Positions 48,557-57,053 of a stretch of DNA of 64,000 bases are shown here, piece by piece (position 1 is the stretch's first letter; the number at the start of each line of letters is the position of its first letter). The notes under the pieces were generated by a model. The model did no database searches. It had not been told where the DNA came from and worked only from the letters and a program-made list of their open reading frames with translations. Source of the stretch: an uncultured Pseudomonadota bacterium (GTDB taxonomy: Bacteria > Pseudomonadota > Alphaproteobacteria > RF32 > CAG-239); NCBI GenBank assembly GCA_947054505.1, contig CAMRWU010000002.1, forward strand, positions 70,214 through 134,213. The letters are read 5' to 3'. The position numbers and the translations under genes were made by a program.

Positions 48557-49732
48557 CTATACTGCCTGCAAATAAGAATTTTGACTGTACTCGATTAAAA
48601 GAGAAATAGCTTTTCTAATCTGAGAACGAACAGAAGAGGATAAGCATTGAAATTCTACGCATCGCTCAAGTTGATATAAATAAAAATCATCAATAGATTT
48701 AGATGGTTGTAATATTTTAAATGCCCTCTGAACTCTTGAATAGGTATCACTTAACGTTCGTTCTGAATAATGATATTTTTGCTCTACCCATGATAAAAAA
48801 ATAGATTTACCAACACTGTACTGTGAAAGATTTACCATAGCATCATCTTTAATAAACGACATTAAAATTTTAGCAACAAATTCCGCCAATTTTACTGGAA
48901 CAGCATTTCCTATCATTTGTTCTATTTCTGTTTTAGAACCTTCCCATTTGAAATCAACAGGAAATGTTTGAATTAAAGCCCTTTCTAAAAGAGTTAGTGC
49001 CCTAATTTCTTCATTCAGAGCACATGCATCATTGGGATGTCCAGGATATCCTTTGGGAACCGGGCGATTTACACCTCTAATTGTTGGAGATGGTTCATCA
49101 ATAGAAAAAATACCCCGTCTATCATAATTCCGAGGATGCCTATAGTAATACTCAAAACCTAAAGAATTTCCAAAATAATCACGAAGCGTCATTTCTTTTG
49201 TATATAGATTTTGAGAAATCAAATCTAAAGCAAAACCATCATCTTTTCCTTTTATCCCCATACAAAAAAAACGCTTCCTTTTTTGAGGGACACCACAAAA
49301 ACTTGCATCCAACACAATTTCCGTCAAACCATATCCTGCTTCCTTAAAAATCTTTCTTGCAATACCATAAGCATGACTTTTTTGTGCTCGATCAACATTT
49401 TCCATCAAAAAATACTTAGGATTGATTTCTTTAATTATATTGGCATAAGCCTCCGTTAAGTTGGCTCTATCCGCTTCGACCCTCTTCCCTGCATGCGAAA
49501 AATCTTGGCAAGGCGGTCCACCGATAATTACCTCAGGCTTTAATGTTGATATTTCTTTCACAGCTTTGCTAATTTGAGACAGATCAGTCGAAAATACAGG
49601 ATGCCTGAAATTTTTTCTGTAACATTTTGCAGCAACCTCCCAAAATTCAAAGGCTCCAACAAGCTGGAAACCAGCATTTTCAAAACCTTTAGATAATCCC
49701 CCACATCCTGCAAATAAATCAACAACTTTCAT
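48557..49732 (-). CDS. DNA (cytosine-5)-methyltransferase
   Basis: Motif I DLFAGCGG, IV GGPPCQDFS, VI FLMENV, VIII QKRKRFF, X IGNAVP. Confidence 0.85.
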   Translation of the reverse strand: MKVVDLFAGCGGLSKGFENAGFQLVGAFEFWEVAAKCYRKNFRHPVFSTDLSQISKAVKEISTLKPEVIIGGPPCQDFSHAGKRVEADRANLTEAYANIIKEINPKYFLMENVDRAQKSHAYGIARKIFKEAGYGLTEIVLDASFCGVPQKRKRFFCMGIKGKDDGFALDLISQNLYTKEMTLRDYFGNSLGFEYYYRHPRNYDRRGIFSIDEPSPTIRGVNRPVPKGYPGHPNDACALNEEIRALTLLERALIQTFPVDFKWEGSKTEIEQMIGNAVPVKLAEFVAKILMSFIKDDAMVNLSQYSVGKSIFLSWVEQKYHYSERTLSDTYSRVQRAFKILQPSKSIDDFYLYQLERCVEFQCLSSSVRSQIRKAISLLIEYSQNSYLQAV

Positions 49733-49791
49733 TTTTTCCCTTTGCATTTTAAAATATTTAGATATAGGCTCATAATAGATTTAATTTTAAA

Positions 49792-49811
49792 GACGTCAAG
49801 TTGTTGACGTC
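49792..49811. promoter_or_regulatory. 20-bp perfect palindrome GACGTCAAGTTGTTGACGTC in the divergent M/R promoter region; candidate operator
   Basis: Read directly. It lies 27 bp upstream of the ATG of the 351-aa gene. Confidence 0.45.
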
Positions 49812-49837
49812 CATTGTGCAAAACTATGAGGTAATAA

Positions 49838-50893
49838 ATGTCAACAGGACTATTTGGAATAGAACATTCGAATCGAATGCCTCAGGACCACTGGGGAAAG
49901 AATTGTTTCAATTCAAGTTTTCCTACTGCTATGGCTTGTTATATGATGAAGAATAATATACCAGCCGTTTATAATAAAGTAGTTATGGATGAAACAGGAA
50001 ACCTAAAAGTGGTTTCAACCGAAATTCCTATTCAAAACGTTTTTAACTGTAACACTGTTGATTTTTGCGAACTTGATTTCCATTTTGAGACAATCTACAA
50101 AGATTATCAGAATTTTTCTTTTGATCCAATTGACGGGATTGATCTTGTTGTAAAAAACACAAAAGGTGAGTACCTATCACCTTTAGAAGTTAAATTAACC
50201 GTTTTACCCACAGATTCTACAAGCCGAAAACCTGAAGACAAGTGGGGATGCGAATTAGTTATAAGATCCGCAACCACCTCATATTGTGCTTTAGGTATGT
50301 TTGATGCAGTAAAAAAAGAAACTATGTCTGTGCGAGAAATTTTTGAAGATAATTGTGCTTCCATTCAAAATTGGGATAATGATTTTGAAATGACACATAA
50401 AACACCAAATTTAAGCCAATGCTTGGATACTTTTCAGAAAAAATATTATTTACGCCAAAAACCCCTTTTACTGCAAGCTATATGGAAAACTCAAGGTAAA
50501 TCTCCACTTTTAGCAGAACAAGCCTTTGACATTGTGGTATGGAGCGATTACGCTTTTTCTCGCTTATTTATAGATAGCTCCTATAATACAGAAGATACTA
50601 TGAGTAGGCCGATGCGTGCGACCGCACGTTTAGCGAGATGTTTGTGGGAATTGAGTAAATCAAATAAAATTAGATTAATGGATATTTACCGCCAGATGGC
50701 ATTTGGAAATCAAACAGATAAGGAGTTTGCAATTAATGGCTCAAAATGGAGAAAATACGTAACATCAGACAGGATACTTAGCCCTAAATTATCAAAAGAT
50801 GTCATTCAAGAAATTATAGAACCTGGATATATTGAGCGGTTAAGTCCTGAAAGACGATTTGATCAGTCACTATATTTTACTTATAGAACATAA
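49838..50893 (+). CDS. Putative type II restriction endonuclease cognate to the C5-MTase
   Basis: Divergently paired with the MTase. DGIDLVV...PLEVKL fits a PD-(D/E)xK pattern. No specific enzyme recognised. Confidence 0.45.
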   Translation: MSTGLFGIEHSNRMPQDHWGKNCFNSSFPTAMACYMMKNNIPAVYNKVVMDETGNLKVVSTEIPIQNVFNCNTVDFCELDFHFETIYKDYQNFSFDPIDGIDLVVKNTKGEYLSPLEVKLTVLPTDSTSRKPEDKWGCELVIRSATTSYCALGMFDAVKKETMSVREIFEDNCASIQNWDNDFEMTHKTPNLSQCLDTFQKKYYLRQKPLLLQAIWKTQGKSPLLAEQAFDIVVWSDYAFSRLFIDSSYNTEDTMSRPMRATARLARCLWELSKSNKIRLMDIYRQMAFGNQTDKEFAINGSKWRKYVTSDRILSPKLSKDVIQEIIEPGYIERLSPERRFDQSLYFTYRT

Positions 50894-50896
50894 ATA

Positions 50897-51307
50897 TTAA
50901 AAATGTTTGAGGACACCTTTAATTGCAGAAGAACTAATATTAGGTGTTCTTTGTAGTTGGACGACTTTTTTACCATTTCTGTAACAATATTCTATTGCAT
51001 TGAGAAAGCCAGAATGATTTTGGTCTGCACCAACGGCAAAAATGTCAAAATCAGTACACTTTATTATTTCATTAACATCCGTATAAGGAATAACTTCATC
51101 TACACAACGCAGTGCCCTGACCAATTCACATCGAACATCTGTCGAATAAAAAACATCCGCCTCTGGTTTATATTTTTTGATGAATTCTGATTTTTGCACA
51201 GCTACAATCAAATATCCATCAGAAACAATATTTTTTGCCTGTTCAAAAAGTTTTAAATGCCCATAATGAAAATAATCAAAAACACCTACTGTCAAAATTA
51301 TAGTCAA
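50897..51307 (-). CDS. Cytidylyltransferase of the TagD/CCT family (CDP-glycerol, CDP-choline or related CDP-alcohol synthesis)
   Basis: GVFDYFHYGHLKLFEQAK (HxGH motif). 136 aa. Confidence 0.7.
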   Translation of the reverse strand: MTIILTVGVFDYFHYGHLKLFEQAKNIVSDGYLIVAVQKSEFIKKYKPEADVFYSTDVRCELVRALRCVDEVIPYTDVNEIIKCTDFDIFAVGADQNHSGFLNAIEYCYRNGKKVVQLQRTPNISSSAIKGVLKHF

Positions 51308-51308
51308 A

Positions 51309-52286
51309 TTATTTCTCCACAGACAAACTAAAATTATTTATTAATTCTTGATGTTGCTGTAATAAGTCTATGCGAATGCTTGGAGAAAAAACACCATGAG
51401 CAGCACAAAAATTATCTGGCCATCCCATATAGTCACCATAGAATGCTGTTAAATAATAATCAGGATGACTAGGAATATAAACCTCAACCCCCATCCACAT
51501 TGATTTTTTCAATGGAAACACCCAATCATAATCTATCAAACAACGATTTCTGACACTAGTTTCAACACCCAAAAACAGAAAACCGTCTTTAGCTTTCTGA
51601 GGAACAAGTTTTTCATCACGTAATTTCAAAGCTGTTTGAATATACTCTTTCGAAACAGGAGCTTCATGATGTAGCCATTTATCATGATTAAAATCGCTTA
51701 ATGATTTAATGTAGTTAAGTGTTTCCACAAAATTTTCATATTCTTCTCCCCTCAAAGAGGCTCTTTTTCCTCCTTGGTCAATGGGAAATACATCTACCCA
51801 TATATGCAATTCTTTATAATAAAGACGTATAATATCTCCAACTGTAAAGAAAAAACCACCAGAGGTAAATTCGGCTAATAAAATTTCAGGAAGTTTTTCA
51901 TAATCTTCTCTCATTACACAGATATCAATATCATCATCCCATGGAATAAAACCATTATGCCTAATATACCCAATTAATGTTCCTGAATCTATCCACCATC
52001 TCAATTTATGTTGTTTTATTACTTCTGAAAAACGTTTTAATATCGCAACTTCTGACTTTTGAACAAGCTCTAAAACACCCGAAGCAGGAGGTATATCACT
52101 AACGCATACCGTTGTTTTTATCAATTTCTCTAAAAAATTTAACCGGTCAAGGCAAATATCTAATTTTGACTGAAGAATGGCATAATCAAGAGAATTGTTT
52201 TTTTTCAAGAGCTTAGATCTAATATTATGCCTTATACCTTTGAATGGAACAAATGAACAAATAAAGTTAACCCAAAATTTTTTCAT
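51309..52286 (-). CDS. LicD-family phosphotransferase (transfers phosphocholine or another phospho-alcohol from a CDP donor to a glycan)
   Basis: IPWDDDIDICVMREDY conserved LicD aspartate cluster. 325 aa. Confidence 0.7.
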   Translation of the reverse strand: MKKFWVNFICSFVPFKGIRHNIRSKLLKKNNSLDYAILQSKLDICLDRLNFLEKLIKTTVCVSDIPPASGVLELVQKSEVAILKRFSEVIKQHKLRWWIDSGTLIGYIRHNGFIPWDDDIDICVMREDYEKLPEILLAEFTSGGFFFTVGDIIRLYYKELHIWVDVFPIDQGGKRASLRGEEYENFVETLNYIKSLSDFNHDKWLHHEAPVSKEYIQTALKLRDEKLVPQKAKDGFLFLGVETSVRNRCLIDYDWVFPLKKSMWMGVEVYIPSHPDYYLTAFYGDYMGWPDNFCAAHGVFSPSIRIDLLQQHQELINNFSLSVEK

Positions 52287-54118
52287 TATTCACTATCCTT
52301 TGCTTCAGGAGAAAAATTTCCTCTGATTTCTTTTAATTTTTCAATACAGGCATCTATATTGTTAAAAGGAAGTTTTGCTATTTCAGTATCCGGAAGCTCC
52401 CACCATTTAAGAGCCATCAGTTCTGAAATAATTTGAGGAGAAAATCTGTAACGAATAACTCTTGCAGGCACTCCTGCTAATACAGCATATGGAGGAGTGT
52501 TGTGCGTTACAACGGCATTAGATGCTATTATGCATCCATCTGCAACAGAAACGCCATCTTTAATAATAGTATTATTACCAATCCAAACATCATTTCCTAT
52601 GTGTGTAGGATCGTTCGAATATGGATAAATAACCTGATCTTCTGTGATTTTTTTCAATTCAACATATTGGAAAGGCGAAGTTGATAGCCAATTGGTTGGA
52701 TGTTGTGACGGACCAACAGCCACATTTTGTCCGATGGAACAAAAAGCTCCTACCGTACTTTCCGGATGCATCCGAATAAAATTAGCTCCGTAATAAGAAT
52801 GCCTTCCAAGCCAATATTCTTTTATAGTTCCTATTTTTTGCTTAATTTTGTTTTTGATAATATTGTGTTTAATTTTATGGCGCAATTTTCTGGATGGAAT
52901 AAACGCACATAGCAAACTGACTAAGAACTTTTTTAAACTTAGATATTTATTATAGCGTTTAGTACGATAGGGATAAACAGTTTCCTTAATCAGAGAGTCT
53001 AACTCTGGTAAAACCAGATTTGCATCAAATCTGCTAATGTTAGCAAATCCAGTTTTAATCATATCTTGAATGGGAATTTTATTTTCCCAGACTTTGGTCA
53101 TTAAATGGCATAAATCATCACTATCACCAACCGAAAACAACAAGCCAGCATTTCCGTTAAGTAAAATTTCTTTAGCACCATCTGGTGCATCACTAGCAAT
53201 ATTAAGGGTCTTAAGTAATGCCCCTTCGATTAAAACAATGCTTAACCCTTCACTTGGAGATGATAATATATTGCCAGTTGCATATTTAATATACCCTAAG
53301 GGATTATCTAAAATCCCTGTAAAAATAATGTTTTTATCTAATTTATATTTTTTTACGATTTGTTCGTATTCTGCTCGTTTTTTACCATCACCAATAAAAT
53401 ATATCTTTGCATCGGTATGTTTTTTTGAAAATTTACGAAAAGCCTCTATTACCGTTAAATGATCTTTATCTTCATGCATCCGTCCGACAAAAACAAAATA
53501 CTTTTCACTTGCTGGAGGATGGGGGGCATCATTTGCCAGCATTTTTATTTCTTCAGTATCAATTAAATTATACATCCATATAATTTTATCAGAATACTGA
53601 GGTGCTGACTTTAACAATTTTTCTTTGAAAGAATCTATTAAACAAACAAATTTATCATAACAAGTTAAAAATCTTTTATTATTTTTATCTAATTTCTCAC
53701 TATATGGAACAAAACTAGAATGATACCAACCAATCTTTGGAAGATTTAATTTTTTTAATATTGGATAGAAAGAACAGTTAAAATAATCTACTATTAAATC
53801 TTGATTTGATAAATATTTATGGATCAAAAATCTGTGCTTTATCCTAAAAAAGAAACGTCTAATTTTCCATATTTTTTTAGCTAAAAAATTGCGTGGTTTT
53901 TCGCCCAATGCATCAAATTCATTAGAAATTTCTATTAAAGGAATCCCCGTTTTTGCAAAAAAATCCAAAAAATATTTTTCATAAACAGGATTATTTACTA
54001 AAACTGTAAACTCATATTCGGACATATGGCACATTTTATCTAAAATTCGGACTAAACATTTTTCAATGCCTCCGGTTATAATTTGTTGCATACAAAATGT
54101 AACTCTAATTTTTTTCAT
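52286..54118 (-). CDS. Fusion of a glycosyltransferase family 1 domain with a hexapeptide-repeat (left-handed beta-helix) acetyltransferase domain
   Basis: GT4 E-x7-E region SSPSEGLSIVLIEGA. C-terminal VGAFCSIGQNVAVG...NDVWIGNNTII hexapeptide repeats. Confidence 0.65.
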   Translation of the reverse strand: MKKIRVTFCMQQIITGGIEKCLVRILDKMCHMSEYEFTVLVNNPVYEKYFLDFFAKTGIPLIEISNEFDALGEKPRNFLAKKIWKIRRFFFRIKHRFLIHKYLSNQDLIVDYFNCSFYPILKKLNLPKIGWYHSSFVPYSEKLDKNNKRFLTCYDKFVCLIDSFKEKLLKSAPQYSDKIIWMYNLIDTEEIKMLANDAPHPPASEKYFVFVGRMHEDKDHLTVIEAFRKFSKKHTDAKIYFIGDGKKRAEYEQIVKKYKLDKNIIFTGILDNPLGYIKYATGNILSSPSEGLSIVLIEGALLKTLNIASDAPDGAKEILLNGNAGLLFSVGDSDDLCHLMTKVWENKIPIQDMIKTGFANISRFDANLVLPELDSLIKETVYPYRTKRYNKYLSLKKFLVSLLCAFIPSRKLRHKIKHNIIKNKIKQKIGTIKEYWLGRHSYYGANFIRMHPESTVGAFCSIGQNVAVGPSQHPTNWLSTSPFQYVELKKITEDQVIYPYSNDPTHIGNDVWIGNNTIIKDGVSVADGCIIASNAVVTHNTPPYAVLAGVPARVIRYRFSPQIISELMALKWWELPDTEIAKLPFNNIDACIEKLKEIRGNFSPEAKDSE

Positions 54119-54122
54119 AAGT

Positions 54123-55961
54123 TTAGTACCCGACTTTTATTCGAAACGCATTAAGAAACGACAATTCAAATATTTTGTGTTTTAAATAAGGGAAAAAATT
54201 AATTTCAATTTTTTTCAAACCTCTAGTTTTTATTGATAATGGTTTTGAAATGATTAACCCCAATCGTTGGGCTGGAGTTAACCATGCAAGTTTCTTTATT
54301 GATCCAACTTTCCAAAATGGAATTGGTGCAGAAAAGAGAGGAACATAAATGCTATTATCTGCATATGGAGATTTTTTTACTGAAAACATTTCCATAATAT
54401 CTTGTTTTGCAGGCTTATTTACATAGATATCCAAAAGTATCAGTGAATTTAATGGAGAAAAATAAATATCTTTGCCACCAAATTTATTAAAGACATCTTG
54501 AACAAAATCCATCACGCCTTTTTCTATTTTTTGATAAATTTTTTGACGGAATAACTCTGCTTCAGAAACGGATGTCTTTCGCACCGGCTTCCCATAGTGT
54601 AATGTAATAATAGGATTCTCAGGAGACGAAAAAATAAGTTCTATTAAGTCACATTTATAATCTTTTACAAAAAGATCTCTTATTTCAGCTGAAAAATAAT
54701 CACGGTGTTCTGCATCATACACACATTTTTGACCAGAAAGAGTTAATACATAAAATCCAATTGTTTTCGTGTGAGACTCTTTTTCAATAAGGCGTTGCCC
54801 TGATAATTGACCGCTAATACTATCTACAACTCCAATTATGTTAGAATGAGATGTTAATTTTTTAATATATTCTCCATAACCTGTTCGTTCTTTTTCCTCT
54901 CGAGCCAATTTTCTAAATTCATCTACATTCTTTTCGATAAATTTCTGGTATGATAAATTTCCGGGATTTTTATGAAAATACTCACAAACAATTTTAGGTT
55001 GTTCTTTTGATAATGGATTATAATCCAAATTCGCTGTATAATTCAGTATACGGGGAGCATATACATAGCTCGATTTGATATCCTTACTAAACATCTTAAA
55101 AACTTTTTCCATAAGATATCCATCGCGAGCTATAAATAAAATATTGTCTAATCCGTTACAACGAGCAGTTTCATATATCCAACGAACATAACTATATACA
55201 ACCGGACCTGCATATTTATACCCAAAATCTTCCCAATAATCACCCGTTGTTTGTTTCTGCGAGGCTAATGCCGTAGTTATTGACGCACCCAAATAACTCT
55301 TTTGGTGTTTATAAAATTTTGCAAATTTTTTGTTTTGATGCAGAAAAGTTTCCGAAACCTTAGAATAGAAACAGGCTTTAATACCATGCTTTTTGGCTTG
55401 ATAAAAATCAGATTTCTTATTATCTCCGATGTGTAGTATTTGATGAGGCTTTACATTTAAATCCTGAACCATATAGCTATACATATCGCCTCTATCTTTA
55501 CGCAGATTTAATAAATTAGATAAATAAATTTTGGAATAATCTGCAATTTTGTTCTTTTTAAGTACTTTTTCAATAAATTGAATAGGCAGATACATATCAC
55601 TGCAAATAACAACTTTTTTTCCCGAGTTGAGTGCATAATCATAAATTTGTTTTATTTCAGGATTAATTACAAGCGATTGAAATTCCATATCCATCTCGGC
55701 TTGTTTTATATTATCAAATTCCGGAAGCATTTTGTATATATCATCAATATTCGCCTCTTTTTTTGTTCCATATTTCTGATAGAACAAAGTTTCCGCATTT
55801 TTCCGTTGTTCAGAAAATCCCGGACAATCGTATATCTTTTCCAAATGCAAAAATAAATCTTCAGGTTTCATATATGGTCGCAACAAAAGTGTATCAAAAA
55901 TATCAAATGATACGATAGAAACCTTATCTACATATCTATAAATATTATGCAATTTCATCAA
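54123..55961 (-). CDS. HAD-superfamily domain protein of a polysaccharide-synthesis cluster, function unclear
   Basis: Motif I VSFDIFDTLLLRP and motif IIIb HIGDNKKSD. A second HAD-like segment around FIARDGYL. Confidence 0.5.
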   Translation of the reverse strand: MMKLHNIYRYVDKVSIVSFDIFDTLLLRPYMKPEDLFLHLEKIYDCPGFSEQRKNAETLFYQKYGTKKEANIDDIYKMLPEFDNIKQAEMDMEFQSLVINPEIKQIYDYALNSGKKVVICSDMYLPIQFIEKVLKKNKIADYSKIYLSNLLNLRKDRGDMYSYMVQDLNVKPHQILHIGDNKKSDFYQAKKHGIKACFYSKVSETFLHQNKKFAKFYKHQKSYLGASITTALASQKQTTGDYWEDFGYKYAGPVVYSYVRWIYETARCNGLDNILFIARDGYLMEKVFKMFSKDIKSSYVYAPRILNYTANLDYNPLSKEQPKIVCEYFHKNPGNLSYQKFIEKNVDEFRKLAREEKERTGYGEYIKKLTSHSNIIGVVDSISGQLSGQRLIEKESHTKTIGFYVLTLSGQKCVYDAEHRDYFSAEIRDLFVKDYKCDLIELIFSSPENPIITLHYGKPVRKTSVSEAELFRQKIYQKIEKGVMDFVQDVFNKFGGKDIYFSPLNSLILLDIYVNKPAKQDIMEMFSVKKSPYADNSIYVPLFSAPIPFWKVGSIKKLAWLTPAQRLGLIISKPLSIKTRGLKKIEINFFPYLKHKIFELSFLNAFRIKVGY

Positions 55962-55962
55962 G

Positions 55963-56802
55963 TTAAGCTTTCATTGAATATAATGGAATAAAACCAAACA
56001 AATACACTTTGGACTTATTGGGCATTTTTTTTATTTTTATCAAAGGAATAAAACCAAACAGCTTGAGCCAGAGTCGCCTCTTACAAAGCGGTTGTTTTAT
56101 TTGTTGATATAAATAAGGATATTCTTTAGCCGCAAAACATCTACATAATGCATCAGCATTAATCATTTTCTCTTTTTGGAGATGTGATGTGTTTCCATCA
56201 AAATTGCGATATTTTACCAAAACTTCCTGAATATTGTGAAACATTGTATATTTCAGCAATTGCAAAACAATCTTATAATCTTCAGCCGGAGAATATTCTT
56301 CTTCATACCGGATTCCATACTTATTTAAAACTGATGCGCGCACCATCATCGCAGTATGAGCAATAACATCTGCCTGCATTAAGGAAACTTTAATGTCCAA
56401 ATTGTTTTCTGGGTGAGTAGTTACTTTCTTTTTAGGAAAATGTTCAAGTTGACCACTGATAACACCTACCTCAGAATGGGTTTCTAAAAATGAAACTTGC
56501 TTTTCTAGTCTTGTTGGTACAGAAATATCATCGTGGTCAAAAACAGCTAAATACTCACCTTGAGCCATATCAATCAGTTTATTGCGGCTAGCAGAAATAC
56601 CCAATTTTTTTTCATTTTTAAAATACTTAATCCGTTTATCATTGTAAGATTTAACAATCTTCTCTCTATCATCTTCGGGACAATCATCTAAAATCAAAAA
56701 CTCGAAATCTAAAAAAGTCTGCTTCAAAATGCTTTCAATAGCTTCACGCAGATAAATTTCCTGAGTTTTATAAATCGGCATTAACACAGACACCTTAAAC
56801 AT
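55963..56802 (-). CDS. Glycosyltransferase family 2; first gene of the 5-gene operon
   Basis: VSVLMPIYKTQEIYLREAIESILKQT and DDCPEDD. The start could be the ATG at 56802 or 56808, or the TTG at 56814. Confidence 0.7.
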   Translation of the reverse strand: MFKVSVLMPIYKTQEIYLREAIESILKQTFLDFEFLILDDCPEDDREKIVKSYNDKRIKYFKNEKKLGISASRNKLIDMAQGEYLAVFDHDDISVPTRLEKQVSFLETHSEVGVISGQLEHFPKKKVTTHPENNLDIKVSLMQADVIAHTAMMVRASVLNKYGIRYEEEYSPAEDYKIVLQLLKYTMFHNIQEVLVKYRNFDGNTSHLQKEKMINADALCRCFAAKEYPYLYQQIKQPLCKRRLWLKLFGFIPLIKIKKMPNKSKVYLFGFIPLYSMKA

Positions 56803-56837
56803 AGCCATCCCCAATATTCGTCCAAAATTTAAAACAA

Positions 56838-57005
56838 CGAACGTTAAATAGAGTCAAGAGAGGTTCTTAAGTGTTATGTACCTACCGTCTTGGAAAATAA
56901 AAGTTTTTTTGAGTACAGATTAATAAAATACTTGATATATATTTTTTATTTAGATATACAAAAAACTAACGTTCATTAAATGCAATCATTTAACGTTCGA
57001 TAAAT
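56838..57005. promoter_or_regulatory. Candidate invertible promoter segment (inverton) bounded by 12-bp perfect inverted repeats
   Basis: IR-L is CGAACGTTAAAT (56838..56849). IR-R is ATTTAACGTTCG (56988..56999), within the 18-bp palindrome-like ATTTAACGTTCGATAAAT. A tandem half-site CTAACGTTCATT lies at 56966..56977. Inside, TTGATA-17 bp-TATACA (56932..56960) currently points away from the operon. A serine invertase gene is adjacent. Confidence 0.45.
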
Positions 57006-57053
57006 TTTTAGGGTAAAAAATAAAGAATACCCCTTTGATAAATAGAGATTTTT

